A DNA stretch of 52,673 nt, filler included, from Squatina squatina (GCA_031763465.1; 3 parts of 3 records of this genome joined end to end with filler, not necessarily neighbours in it), one strand, 5' to 3'. Counted from the whole stretch's first letter, positions 33,926 through 47,217 are shown. The notes: generated by a model from the letters alone, not told the origin. Numbers and translations: made by a program.

Positions 33926-36900
33926 TTTTTATATTAATATTATTTATTAATATATAAATGTTAATTATATATTTTTCATGAATTATTAACAAATTACTGT
34001 GCGTCCATGTTTGTTAGTAAGAAGTAACCAGATATCTGAAAGAGAACTTAAGTAACTTTTACGAGCCAATTATTAGAATTACTTGTAGCTTTAAACAGTG
34101 TGGGCGCCCAATTGGCTCTCCAGCGCTAGCGTAGAATGGGCATTAGAGGTCCAACGCCCGATTTCGGCGCTAGAATGACATTTACGCAATTGGCATCAGT
34201 TTAGCGCAAATAACGCAGGAGCACTAGAAATGTGGCGCTAAGCGCTAAACGACCTCCATGACATCATCAGAGGGCGCGCCACCAAAATGGCCTGGTTTTT
34301 TGGCAGTACCACCCATCCTGACCTTTCTATTAGAGTGCTAAATATATGAGAACCATTCCAAACCTTTTTTGCTGCATTAATCCCCGTCTAGAGAGCATAA
34401 TAAACATTTAAATCAGCATGCGTGGCTTGGAACGGCTATTTTTATGAGTCTCGGTGATTTTGGATCTTGAAAAGTGCAAAAATCGGGCTATTCGGCCATG
34501 GGAGCCATCAATAATGGTGAAGTGGAGACGGAGGNNNNNNNNNNNNNNNNNNNNNNNNNNNNNNNNNNNNNNNNNNNNNNNNNNNNNNNNNNNNNNNNNN
34601 NNNNNNNNNNNNNNNNNNNNNNNNNNNNNNNNNNACACTACCATACCCAGAAAGACATACAGGCCTGGCTCCCTAAACACTTACATGCTGAGTGGTGGAG
34701 TTGCATGGCATGTGTGATCCCAGTATAACCGTTGGATTCGTCCCTCCACACCAGCCCCCCGACATCCCGAGACTTTTCAGGTGCTAATGATTATCTGAGC
34801 CAACTATTGATTAATATTTTACACATGAAATGCTTTGCAAGTGTAACACTTTGAAGTGTGGCACACACATTCCCCTGCAATGTGAGTACGTGCTGGATAC
34901 AAGACTATTAACTAAGTAGATTTGCATTCCACTTCGGATAATTTGAATTGTTTCTTTTATGCAAAAACTTGTTGAATGATCTAATAATTTGACTCAAGCA
35001 ACAATAATATGTACAAAGTGGGAAGTTAATGCTAAAGAAATTTGAATTATCAAATAATTTGATCAAATGACTGAAGTACAAGGATGCAAGCCTACATAGA
35101 GAAAATGCCTATACTTCTAACAGTAAATATTTTACATCGTAATAATTCTTTTCTACAAATATACCAGAAATGGCCCAAGGATCTTCTGTCTCACTGTTAT
35201 GAATATCTTCTTGGGCTCATTGATGTCAGTTGCCTTCTTTAAGTGATCTAAGCCCTATGATAGCATAACCTAGGGACGTAATATCATCCCTTTGTGATCT
35301 GAACCAGATACTCATGTCTTCCGAGTAATTTCTCATGTATGTCTCCAATCTTTTGGAAGGCGTATAGAGTGAACACTTTGTGATATGCAGCATTAAGCAG
35401 CTTTATTTCTTATCAGGTGAACATACAGAACAACAGTTACGACTGAATTCACTTATTTCCATCAATATAACTTATCTNNNNNNNNNNNNNNNNNNNNNNN
35501 NNNNNNNNNNNNNNNNNNNNNNNNNNNNNNNNNNNNNNNNNNNNNNNNNNNNNNNNNNNNNNNNNNNNNNNNNNNNNCTTCTAACTGCGCTAGTGTGCTC
35601 GCAGTGCTCTCTTGGTAGGGGTTAAAGGACTTGGCTTCGAATATTGAGACTGAGTCGAATCCTTCTGACAGCAACCTTGCCCTCAGCTCAAATTGCTGTT
35701 ATCATGAATTCAGGCTTTTCAGTGTTACTAATCAATCCCACAATTGCCACGTCGGGATAAATTGATCCCGAGCCATTTGCTTTAAGTGGAGTAACCTGTA
35801 AATTAGCGAATAGCACATTAGCCAAAATAAAATCTATTGAACAACTGATAGCCAAATGCTTCATGGGGGAATCGCAGCCATCACAGGCTATTGAGGTAAA
35901 TTTATACTTTTTCACTGATTCTAGGAGCAGGGCTTTGTTATCTGAATACAAGTCATTAACAGTGCAGGCTATAGGACAAAGTGTGCAAGGTCATCTCAGG
36001 TTACTGGAGTGCATTGCAGTCGAAGATGTACCATTACAAACTCTTGTCATACTTATTCTGAAGTGGTTTGTTCATAAGTAACTGTTATATTACGGTAGAA
36101 ATATTTTCCAAAACAAAAAAAATAAAATTCCTGTCTTGAAGTTTAAGCAAACTTGATTGATTTCCTCCCCATTTCGGCAATGTGCTTTAAAAAAAACACT
36201 AAGGAGCTGAAAGGAAATGACATTTTGGGATTGGGATTTTTTTTGAGCGTTCTGATTTTTCACTGACCTTGATGGTGGATATTATCTCAGACTCTCCGTT
36301 CTTTTTTATATTAGGCAGCTGATAACCGAACTTTTTTATAAAATGACTGCGTAGCATCAAGCAATTAATTCATTTTGGAGGAGCAAGACGCTTTTCCATT
36401 GTTTGACCTACTATTTTAACCACTTTAACACTGTGCTAAAGTAATTCCTGTTTCACACCATTACTTCAAAATGCACATTTGAGAATATTGCTTTAGCACT
36501 GAGGCACAAATATAATTTCAGAACCACTGAATTTGCATCAAAAAGCCTGTTTGGTTTTTAANNNNNNNNNNNNNNNNNNNNNNNNNNNNNNNNNNNNNNN
36601 NNNNNNNNNNNNNNNNNNNNNNNNNNNNNNNNNNNNNNNNNNNNNNNNNNNNNNNNNNNNNCGTCTGTAACAAATGGACAATCAGGAGACAGAAATAAAT
36701 GACTACCTTCTGCCTCAATTAATACATGCTGCAATTAGTGTTTGAATTTGCATGCAGAGTGCTCAAGGATAATGACAATTTCACATCTACATATTCATCA
36801 TCAGCAGCAGCAGGTTCACAGACCAGAAACACGTTTAATTAACATGCACTGGTATGTAAACACACAAACAGGTCCATGTAGTAGCTGCTCTGGATCTCAA

Positions 36901-37202
36901 GCAAAGACACTTGAATAAAAATAGGACAACAATACAACTTTTAAGCCTTTTTTTGCAATGCAACTGATTGACTTCACCAAAACGATGTTTAAATGCCAGC
37001 TTATTTACGTGTTGGCACTCATTTGATTTCAGAATGACTGGACTATAATAGTGAGTTAATATTACTATTATTTGTATATCTCCTGTGCCTCAAGGTCAAT
37101 CAGAGGGTATGCTGAAATGTGATGTCAGAAGTGTGACTGCTAAAATGTGACAGAAAGTAAGTGTGATTCTTATGGGAAGTGCAAACTAGATGCAAAACTT
37201 AA

Positions 37203-37855
37203 GGGCCCCCAATTGGACTGCAAGGGGACCGCAGCAATCAGGTTGCTCAGCCCAGAGTGCACCCCGCTGACAGCGGGGCCCTGGATTGTGGCCTTGGCCT
37301 CTTTGAGTCCCTTTTGAGCCAGCGTAGCACGGCAACGCAAATTCAGCATTGCCATGGCGCTGACCCCTCCAATGCAGCGTCACTTCCTGGTTACGCCAGC
37401 AACCACGCAACGGCGAGCCGCGACCCCACCCCCTCCCTGAAGGGCAAGGGCCGCAGACTTTTGGCGCAGAGGTGGATCGACAGCCCACTGAGCCATCAGG
37501 TGAGTTAGAACATTTTTATCAGGCTCCGGCATGCGGAGGTTCCGCGGGGTGGATCGGCTGCCAGACATCAGTCGACAGGGACATCAGCTGATGATAAAAG
37601 ATGGCGGCCGACGGCACAGGCCGCGCGCCTTTAAGGCCCCCAGGCTGTAACAGGGGAAACATGTTGCTGCCGACACCAATGGGGGGGGCCATCTATAATT
37701 CTGGAGGCAGTGCCCCTCTGCCAGTGCACGGAGGGGCCGCGGGTGGGCGGAGAGTGGTTGGCACGCGATGTGATGATGTCACGTGCTGGCCCCTGCGCCA
37801 CCGGCAGATTGGAGGCATTTCCCCGTGGGAAGTTTCCGACTGCAAATTCAGGGCC
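37203..37855. mobile_element. GC-rich non-autonomous TIR element (Harbinger-like)
   Basis: Imperfect inverted ends GGCCCCCAATTGG / CAAATTCAGGGCC with TAA and TTA close by; a sharply bounded GC island in AT-rich DNA. Confidence 0.55.
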
Positions 37856-38889
37856 ATTATATGTCTACTTGTATGCAATAAATAGCTCCAAAACCTTTTT
37901 ATCGAGACAAAAGAAGTGTGAACACCAAAACAGCCAGACCAGTTAGCAATTAGCTCCATTAGTTTTAACTACCACATGGAAATCTTTAACTTATAAGAAA
38001 CATAAGTAAAGTATAAACATACAAATCTAATTTTCTTGTTTTTGGCAGCTGTGACACAGATCAGCCACAGCTTTTCTCAGAAGGGAGTATGTGTCATTCT
38101 AGTAGCAGCTAAACTACTCTGCCTGCTGTCACAAAGGAAATTGTCTATGGCATTCGTGTGTGAGAGAGGCCTGATCAATATGGGCTAACTAGCACATAAT
38201 GGGAGAATAATCTCTTGTTAATCCATTGACAGTCATCTGCTTTAAAATTACTCCTAATGTTTTAATTGTGATGTGTGAACATTCAAATGATGATCCTGAA
38301 ATCTGTATACATCTCTGAGGAAAATAGCTAGCAGACTGCTTCCTCTAAGCTATAATGTGCCAGAGATATAATTTGATCATAATCCTGCAAATGTGATTAA
38401 AACACCATGAAATATTGGAACTTCCTGTGCACACTTAGATACATGCTGTCAGAAATTAGCTTTTTGTGTGAATCTGCAAAAAAATGCAAGTTCTGCCATT
38501 TTTAAATATAATTTTTCATTTGAAAATTGCGGTGGTGGCAAAAATCTTTTACAGCAGCAGGAGTGAGAGGTTTTTGCTATGGGTCAGCGTATTTAACAAG
38601 CAATATGCGGCTCTTCCTCTACTAGCTGTCCACGGTGTACTCCGACCATTTTTCTCATTGCTGCTAAATGTGCTTCCACAGCGCTAAGGTAAATGGTCAA
38701 CATTCGAAAGAAGCGGCAGAGGAGCTCAAAAGTGGCAATGAAGAAAACCAACATTTTCCATTAGCTAATTTTGCTTCCATCCATTGACTAATTGCAAGAA
38801 TACACATCAGCAACCACTGCCTGTGATGGTCAGGAAATCCCAACCAACATTTACCATATGCCAATCTGTCAACATTGCTTTTACTAACA

Positions 38890-38989
38890 NNNNNNNNNNN
38901 NNNNNNNNNNNNNNNNNNNNNNNNNNNNNNNNNTTAATTAATTAANNNNNNNNNNNNNNNNNNNNNNNNNNNNNNNNNNNNNNNNNNNN
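38890..38989. other. Artificial scaffold linker
   Basis: 44 N + TTAATTAATTAA (38934-38945) + 44 N. Confidence 0.97.
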
Positions 38990-39277
38990 CACAGTCTCAG
39001 AATAAGGGGTCGGCCATTTAGGACTGAGATGGGGAGAAATTTCTTCACTGGGAGGGGGGTGAATCTTTGGAATTCTCTCCCCCAGAGGGCTGTGGAGGCT
39101 CAGTCATTGAGTACATTCAAAACAGAGACCGATAGATTTTTGGACTGTAACGGAACCAAGCAATATGTGGATCACGCGGGAAGGTGGAGTTAGGTGGAAG
39201 ATCAGCCTCGATCTCATTGAATGGTGGAGCAGGCTCGAGGGGGCGAATGGCCTACTCCTGCTCCTATTTCTTATGCT
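38990..39277 (+). mobile_element. CR1 LINE 3' end
   Basis: Ends GAATGGCCTACTCCTGCTCCTATTTCTTATG, the reverse complement of the minus-strand CR1 tails later in the window. Confidence 0.9.
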
Positions 39278-39526
39278 TTTATTTTAATTGCTAATTTTGT
39301 GGTCCGTGCTCCCATAAAATGTCCTCTCTTTTTGCTCCCATACTCTAAATATTGCACAAATTTTGCTTCTCCTCCCCTCCTCACTCTAACTCATTCTTTC
39401 CCGGGTTTTGAAACTGTGGCATCCTCATCTCCCTCGGTCTTTCTTTTCTGTTACAATCCTCAGGTTTTTAACACTCAGGCTCCGAGTCAGCACTTACTCA
39501 CTTACAAGGGGGAGTCTAGAGGGCCA

Positions 39527-39550
39527 TGAATGAATGAATGAATGAATGAA
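39527..39550. repeat. (TGAA)6 microsatellite
   Basis: Six tandem TGAA units. Confidence 0.9.
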
Positions 39551-40099
39551 GTGAACATTGCATAACATTTCCACAAGAGAAGAGCAGTCTTTCGCATCAA
39601 AGCCACATTGTTTTCAAACTTATCAAAGTCCTTCACAACAGATTTTTCAGGCTTCTACTAATAAAATATTAATCCAGACGATTGTGTGGGAGGAAGGGAG
39701 AAGAGAAACAATCGGACAGATAGGGCATGTGAGTGGATGGGGATGCAGAGGAAGGTTTTTTAAAACAATTGAGAAACTCTGGTTTGAAGGGGCAAAGTCA
39801 AACTGATTAGGAAAGGAGGCAAACAACGAAAGAGAGGTTAGGTAATACCAAATCTGGGCTTTAACGGTCCATTGAGCAAGAGGAGACAGTGTAATGAATC
39901 TACAAGATAGACTGGAGTTAATAGGATCAACTATTTTGATATAACTTTACTGGCAGTCAGTCTTGTTTGGGTATATTTGATCCCTTCCATCAGGGACATC
40001 ACCTGGGAACCTGAGGCATCTAAGCCCTGCTAATTGGTCTCCTTTCTGCATGTTACTGTGTTCTTGAAAATATATTGCGTTATCTGTGGATTAATAGTC

Positions 40100-40435
40100 A
40101 TAAAAGTGGTGTTCCCCCAGGCATCGGTATTAGGATCACTGCTCTTTTTAATATATATTAATGACCTGGACTTGGACCAGAGGCGATAGGAGGAGACATT
40201 CTTTTGTGCAGCAAGCTGTTACGATCTGGAACACGCTGCCTGAAAGGGCGGTGGAAGAAGATTCAACAGTAACTTTCAACAGGGAATTGGATAAATACTT
40301 GGAAAAAGAAAGATTTGCAGGGCTGTGGGGAAAGAGCAGGAGGAGTGGGACTAATTGGATCGCTCTTTCAAAGAGCCAGCACAGGCACAATGGGCCGAAT
40401 GGCCTCCTCCTGTGCTGTGCAATTCTATGATTCTA
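40100..40435 (+). mobile_element. CR1 RT-motif fragment joined directly to a CR1 3' tail
   Basis: GGTGTTCCCCCAGG...ATATATATTAATGACCTGGAC (GVPQG...IYINDLD) is followed at once by IWNTLP and a tail ending ATTCTATGATTCTA. Confidence 0.75.
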
Positions 40436-40965
40436 AGACATTTAAGAGAAACATCGTTAAGCATCGTAGTTTGGGCTGACGAGCAATGGTGGGAAGCGAT
40501 TGTCAGTTTTAATGTTTTGACTAAGCTGTGCTTCTGAAATGAGAGGTTTTATTTTATTCTTTAGAGTGTAACAGATACGCGGAATCACACGGAACTCAAC
40601 GAGACCAAATTGTTCATTTTCTCTGCCGCCAATACGCTTTTTGATAAACTGTAAACAACATATTTTGGAGCTTACACCCAATATGATAAAAGGGATCCGA
40701 GGAGGTAGGGTCAATCTTACGAGATTCTTTTCTCCGTGCAAACCCTTGATGGAGAATTAGGTGCAGAGGCCAGTTTGGAGTCTCCAGTTCTCTGATCCGT
40801 ACTTCAGTTGAGCAAGGTTATGCACCACGAGGCTCATCTCACAAAATTCACCCTGTGGTGTCCTGAAGAAATGGTGTGTGAGAATGTTACAAGGTTTGTA
40901 AATAGAACATAATGACATAACTGACACTAAAGCGTGGATGAAATAAGTTTTAAATAGATTTAAAA

Positions 40966-41286
40966 AAAAGGAAGACTTGCATTTATATAGCGCCTTTTCA
41001 CAACCTCTAGTCGTCCAAAAGCGTTTTACAGCCAATGAAGTACTTTTGCAGTGTAGTCACTGTTGTAATGTGGGAAATGCGGCAGCCAATTTGTGCACAG
41101 CAAGCTCCCACAAACAGCAATGTGATAATGACCCAGATAATCTGTTTCAGTGACGTTGATTGATGGGTGTATATTGGCCACGAAACCGGGGATCTCTCCT
41201 CTGCTCTTCTTCGAAATAATGCCATGAGATCTTTTATGTCTACCTGAGGGGGCAGACTTGGTTTCAACACTTCATCCGAAAGGTGG
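40966..41286 (-). mobile_element. SacSINE1-like SINE 3' part
   Basis: Reverse complement of the 3521 and 33548 copies, with tail GGCGCTATATAAATGCAAGTC. Confidence 0.85.
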
Positions 41287-42429
41287 NNNNNNNNNNNNNN
41301 NNNNNNNNNNNNNNNNNNNNNNNNNNNNNNNNNNNNNNNNNNNNNNNNNNNNNNNNNNNNNNNNNNNNNNNNNNNNNNNNNNNNNNAATAAATGCTGGCC
41401 GTGCCAGCCACGCCCACATCCCAGGAACGAATAAAAAAAAAGTAGCTTCTGCTCCAATCAGATGCCACTGTTTTTCGTTTTGCCACAGAGAAGTGACCCA
41501 GCTCAAAACAGCTATTTGATTACTTCAGAAATCACATATTCAATGTTTTTCATATGTCATATCTGTGAGTTTAGTGTAATAAAATCCTAACTAAAAATTC
41601 TGGTAGAAATTAAATGTGTGGCATCTTACAAGTTATGGTAACATATGGTAAGATAAAGCAAGAATAAAAGGATTAAAAGGATAAATTATAATAAAGGCAA
41701 TGCCCATTTATTTAATTGCCAGCATACAGTCCAAGTGATTTATTGTCCATATTTTTTCTGTTCAGCAGAAGTCACTAGGGAACAGTAATGATTCACGTAA
41801 AAATGTTAGAACCATATGGATCAGTACTTATTTACAGGATATGAATAATCTAATACTAGAAGAAGTAGTTCTGTTTAAGTCACTACACTTCAAGAGCAAG
41901 TAGACTTTAACTATGACCTTAAGTTGTCTGAAAGTATTGGTTCTCAATGCCCACTGATGGCATATTCTAGAGTTACTAGAGTGGTAAATCACTGACCTAC
42001 ACACTTTGGAGTAAACACCAGGAGGACCTGAAGCATGTAACATGTGCATAATGGGGTCATGCTAAAGTATTCTAGTTTAAATCTGGTATCCTTACATGGA
42101 GAGTGTAGAAGGCGGTGTGAAGAGACTTACTGATCAAGTAATCAAGTAGTATGAATGACATACGAACATGTATCCAATCAAATATGGCTGAAAAATTAGG
42201 AAGACGGGATCTAATCTACAAACGTTAGCAAACCGGTCGACAGCTCAGCAGTGGGCAAATGTGAAAGGGGTAGCGTGCAAAATAAAAAAATAAAAATTCT
42301 ATAAGGCAAAGAATGGAGTCGCATGGATGACTAGTAAGGTTAAAACTAAACTGAAACTTGCGAGGCAGATGGTAAAATGAGGGTTAACAATAATAAAGAT
42401 TCCCTGAAGGGCAAGTGCTGTAGATCAAA

Positions 42430-42705
42430 TCATAAATAAAGGCCACAGCAACTTGGATTTTATAAATGGAATAAATGGCATGAGTGAAGAAGTAATAATA
42501 AATTGGTTGGATCACAGTCCTAGCACTGTGTGCAGTGTTGGGTGCCCCATTATAGAAAGGACATTAAATCCATAGAGAGGGCACAGTGTAGTTTCACCAG
42601 GATGATGCCAGGGATGAGAGAGGCTTGAGACATTGGGGCCATTCTCACTGGAGCAGAGGAGGCCGAGAGGAGAGCTAATAGACATTTTTTAAATTACAAA
42701 GAGGT
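42430..42705 (+). mobile_element. Old degenerate CR1 fragment
   Basis: TGTGTGCAGTGTTGGGTGCCCCATTATAGAAAGGACAT...TTCTCACTGGAGCAGAGGAGGC, a decayed YCVQFWxPxYRKD...FSLExRR. Confidence 0.65.
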
Positions 42706-43611
42706 TTGTGACTTGAGGGTTAATTGGCAACCTGTTGAGATTTTAGAACTTAATTGGCCGAAATTAGTGTTTGCTTTTAACGTGCGTTGTGATTACATGT
42801 TGGCAGTGACAGGTTGGATGCAATTTCTTGCTCAGTTTTGACTCATGCATTGCTGCGGTGAGTGAAAGCTCTTGAGAGTGTTGTGAGTAGTCATTTAATG
42901 GGTAAGTCATCTCTTTCATAGCACAGGGGGTGGGGAACCTTGAAATGCTTTGAAAAACTGGCTTTTGTGTTAGTTTACCAGTAATGCCAGTATGCTTTTG
43001 TCCAAAGATTTCATCCCACAGTAAACATTTTTGCCTATGTTTTCTTTTTAGTGACTTCATTTTATAAAGAAACTGAAAATCAGAAAAATATTTTCTGATT
43101 CCCCCAGCTTCCAAAATGCATAATTTAAGATCTCCCAAAAGACATCATTATCCAAAAAATAGTTTTAAGTTTGTTCAATTTAGCTTATAATGAATAAAAG
43201 ATAAATGTTTGTTGTGGAGTTTCAGATTATGGTCTGTTTCTGCACCTTGATAAAACCGACTGATCAAGTTAAAACTTATGTAAATACACATATTTGAGTA
43301 AATATTTACGTCAACGGCTAATTCCTTCAGTGTTGAAGTTGTTGAGGTAAATGCTGCTATTGAGGTAAATAAAATATCTCCACCACACACAGTTGTGGCC
43401 CAAGCCCTCCACTGCTTTAATAGCCCTGAAAATTACGTAAATGTGGCTTTGTCCATTGAAACACTGGAGAGTGGAATGAAATGGCAGCTGCCCATGAGTG
43501 TTTGCTGTGATTCACCAGCTCAATTGCTGGATCCCCAGGCTGCTTGTTAGGCCCAGTGTACAAAGGCTGGCGGAGGGGACTTCAGGGCTTCAACAGAGGA
43601 AAATCTTACAG

Positions 43612-43740
43612 AAACAAAGAAAAATAGAAAATAGGAGCAGGAGTAGGCCATTGGGCTCTTCAAACCTGCTCCGCCATTCAATATAATCATGGCTGATCAT
43701 CCAAATTCAGTCCCCTGTTCCTGCTTTCTCCCCATATCCC
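43612..43740 (-). mobile_element. CR1 LINE 3' end
   Basis: ATAGAAAATAGGAGCAGGAGTAGGCCATT... with short terminal tandem units. Confidence 0.85.
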
Positions 43741-43840
43741 NNNNNNNNNNNNNNNNNNNNNNNNNNNNNNNNNNNNNNNNNNNNNNNNNNNNNNNNNNNN
43801 NNNNNNNNNNNNNNNNNNNNNNNNNNNNNNNNNNNNNNNN

Positions 43841-44135
43841 TAGGAATAGTAAGTAGTATAAATACTCGCCTGATCTTACCCACTCAGCTGCCTCCTCTTG
43901 CCCTGCGTTACTTTTTGAGTTGTGACATCACCTGGAACTCTGCTGCTGGTCTCGTTGAGTGGCCCCTGGGCCTCCTCTCTGCACCTTTTCGGCTCCCGCC
44001 GGCCGCCTCTCTACCTCCCAGCAGCTTCGCTCCGCTCTGCTCCCCTGTGGATTTTTAGCGCTCTTTTTAAACTTACCGGCCGCCTCTCTGCCCCCCAGCA
44101 GCTCCGCTCCGCTCTGCAAGACTGCAAGACTATGC
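43841..44135. repeat. Pyrimidine/GC-rich segment with a roughly 42-bp direct repeat, probably a LINE 5' UTR
   Basis: CCGGCCGCCTCTCTxCCxCCCAGCAGCTxCGCTCCGCTCTGC at about 43999 and 44076. The 5' UTR assignment is inferred from context. Confidence 0.5.
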
Positions 44136-44161
44136 CTCCAAGTTACAGTTGTGTTGAAATT

Positions 44162-44695
44162 AGCATAAGCATAAGACATAGGAGCCGGAGTAGGCCATTC
44201 AGCCCTTCAAGCCTGCCCTGCCAGTCAATAAGATCATGGCTGATCTTCGACCTCAACTCCATCTTCCCGTACAAATTTCCATTTCCCTCTGTTCCCTTAG
44301 TATCCAAAAATCGATCGATCTCTGTCTTGAATATAATCAACAGCTCAGCATTCACAGCCCCATGGGGTGGAGAATTCCAGAGATTCACAACCCTTTGAGT
44401 GAAGTAGTTGCTCCTCATCTCAATCCTAAATGGCCGACCCCTTATTCTGAGTCTGTGGCCCCTGGTTCTAGACTCCACAGCCAGGGGAAACATCTTCCCC
44501 TTAAGAATTTTATATGTTTCAATGGGATCACCTCTCATTTTTCTAAACTCCAGAGATTATACAGGCCTAGTCTACTCAATCTCTCCTCATCGGACAATCA
44601 CCCCCATCCCAGGAATCAGTCCAGTGAACCTTCATTGCACTCCCTCTAAAGCAAGTACTCCCTTCCTTTGGTAGCGAGACCAAAACTGCACACAA
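44162..44695 (-). mobile_element. CR1 LINE 3' end with ORF2 C-terminus
   Basis: RGDPIETYKILKG...SRTRGHRLRIRGRPF...FTQRVVNLWNS, then a tail with CATAAG repeats. Confidence 0.92.
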
Positions 44696-44845
44696 CAATA
44701 GATCCAGCACGACTTCCTTCCTCATTGGGCTGGAAACACACTGATNNNNNNNNNNNNNNNNNNNNNNNNNNNNNNNNNNNNNNNNNNNNNNNNNNNNNNN
44801 NNNNNNNNNNNNNNNNNNNNNNNNNNNNNNNNNNNNNNNNNNNNN

Positions 44846-44990
44846 TGACAATTCTTTCAAACCGCCTCAAATGTCCTGTTGGTTTTTTTTTTGCAGTCAG
44901 GCAGGCAGGAGAACCAGCTGCGCATGCACAGTCTCTCGACGCAGCCGGCGTTTTGTCCCGGTTTGGCCTTCCTAAAATCTGGTCACCCTA
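44846..44990. mobile_element. End of a hAT (Blackjack-type) DNA transposon
   Basis: Reverse complement begins TAGGGTGACCAGAT with subterminal CCGGGACA, the terminus recalled for hAT-Blackjack elements. It abuts an L2 tail. Confidence 0.6.
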
Positions 44991-45571
44991 CCCTTTAAAG
45001 ACGCGCCTTGAAACCTACCTCTTTGACCAAGTTTTTGGCCGTCTGCCCTAATTTTGTCCTGTGCAACTCAATGTCTTAATTTTTGTTGAATGACGCACCC
45101 GTGAAGCGCCTTGTGACATTTTGCCACGTTAAAGGTGCTATATAAATGCAAGTTGTTGAGCAAGCACCACAGGCATTCTGAGCCACCGCCGTCCCATCAA
45201 ATAGCAAAGGTGCGAATGACCAGTCAGCCTGTTCTGGTGGGTTTTCAAATTCTCATCCTTGTTTTCAAATGCCTCCATGGCCTCGCTCCTCCCTATCTCA
45301 GTAATCTCCTCCAGCCCTACGACTCTTCCCAGATACCTGAGCTCCACCAATTCTGCCCTCTTGCGTATCCCTGATTTTAACCGCTCCACCATTGGTGGTC
45401 GTGCTTTCAGCTGCTGAGGCCTTGAGCTCAGGATTTCGCTCCCTGAACATCTCTGCCTTTCTTTAAAATGCTCCTTTACCCTACCTCTTTGACCAAGCTT
45501 TTGGTCATCTGCCCTAATTATCCTTATGTGGCTCGGTGTCAAATTTTGTTTGATAATGCTCCTGTGAAGTT
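44991..45571 (+). mobile_element. Two L2-clade LINE 3' fragments
   Basis: CCTACCTCTTTGACCAAG..TTTGG occurs twice (about 45013 and 45480); FQILILVFKCLHGLAPPYL at about 45243-45300; tail GGTGCTATATAAATGCAAGTTG. Confidence 0.8.
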
Positions 45572-45671
45572 NNNNNNNNNNNNNNNNNNNNNNNNNNNNN
45601 NNNNNNNNNNNNNNNNNNNNNNNNNNNNNNNNNNNNNNNNNNNNNNNNNNNNNNNNNNNNNNNNNNNNNNN

Positions 45672-46232
45672 CTCCTACCAATGTTTTCTGCCCCTTGCTG
45701 TTTCTTAGCTCCACCTAAACTGATTCTACATCTTGATCTTCCAAGCTGAGATCCATTCTCACTATTGTACTGATCTCATCCTTTATTTACAGCGCTACTC
45801 AACCTCCTTTTCCTTTTTGCCTAGCCTTCCGAAATGTCGAATACCCTTGAATACTCAGTTCCCAGCCTTGGTCACCCTGCAGCCACGTCTCCGTAAAGGC
45901 AATTAGATCAAACCCATTTACTTCTATTTGTGCCATCAATTCATCTACCTTGTTGCGATTGCTGTGTGCATTCAGATACAGTGCCTTTAATTTTGCCTTT
46001 TTAATATTTTTCCGTACTTTGACCCTATTTGCTGCTGGCTTTTGTTTCTGCTGCCTTCCAATTTCGCTTACTACTTTTCTGCCTACCATGACCAGCTTTG
46101 TTTCTCTCCCTTCTGAATCCACTCAGGTTCCCATCACCCTGCCAAGCTAATTTAAACACTCCCAAACAGTACTAGCAAATCTCCGTGTGAGGATGCTGGC
46201 CCCGATCCTGCTGAAGCATAACCCGTCTGCCT
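45672..46232 (-). mobile_element. CR1 LINE fragment with the ORF2 endonuclease N-terminus
   Basis: LKALYLNAHSNRNKVDEL...DLIAFTETWL...GYSTFRKARQKGKGG. Confidence 0.9.
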
Positions 46233-46233
46233 T

Positions 46234-46369
46234 GTAGAAACATAGAAAATAGAAGCAGGAGTAGGCCATTCGGCCCTTCGAGCCTGCTTCGCCATTCAAT
46301 ATTGATCATGGCTGATCCTCAACCTCATCGCCATATTCCCGCTTTCTCCCCATGCCCCTTGATGTCTTT
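46234..46369 (-). mobile_element. CR1 LINE 3' end
   Basis: TAGAAACATAGAAAATAGAAGCAGGAGTAGGCCATTCGGCCCTTCGAGCC. Confidence 0.88.
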
Positions 46370-46881
46370 NNNNNNNNNNNNNNNNNNNNNNNNNNNNNNN
46401 NNNNNNNNNNNNNNNNNNNNNNNNNNNNNNNNNNNNNNNNNNNNNNNNNNNNNNNNNNNNNNNNNNNNNGGTACCCAGACCCTCAGGTAAGTTTGTAGAG
46501 ATTTTTGCAATTGGAGACATCTGCACACAGGAAGCCTCCAATCGGAAATTCAACTGTAATTTTTGCTAAATTTTAGTGTGGGAAAGATGTATAACTGAAA
46601 AAAATACTGTTATTCTTTCTCTTCAGAAAACAAACTGTTAGTCTTCAAATTATTGCTGGTAATGCGAGCATATAAACATTTAAGGGGCGATTTGGACCCT
46701 GCCTGCACACGGAAACCAGTTGGGTGAGCAGTCAAAATCACCCATGGGAATTACCCGCAGAGGGCCTGCTTTCTTCTTACAGGCCGTAATTTCAAACTGC
46801 TCGTCTGAGCAGCCGAGAAGGATATCCACTTGAAACTGGTGGAGCCCTCCTTTAAACTTTCAGAATGGGCTCTGATGGTGT

Positions 46882-47035
46882 CATAGAAACATGGAAAATA
46901 GAAGCAGGAGTAGGCCATTCGGCCCTTCGGGGCCTGCTCTGCCATTCAATATGATCATGGTTTCTTCAGTACCCTGTTCCTGTTTTCTCCCAATGTCCCT
47001 TGATCCCTTTAGCATTAAGAAATATATCTATCTCC
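46882..47035 (-). mobile_element. CR1 LINE 3' end
   Basis: Same tail as 46234 and 50732. Confidence 0.88.
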
Positions 47036-47217
47036 NNNNNNNNNNNNNNNNNNNNNNNNNNNNNNNNNNNNNNNNNNNNNNNNNNNNNNNNNNNNNNNNN
47101 NNNNNNNNNNNNNNNNNNNNNNNNNNNNNNNNNNNACGAGAGTTGAACATAAGGAAATTGATTCTCTTGAGGAAGATAGATTGTAATTTGTCCGAATGTT
47201 ACTGCGCTCAGATATTA

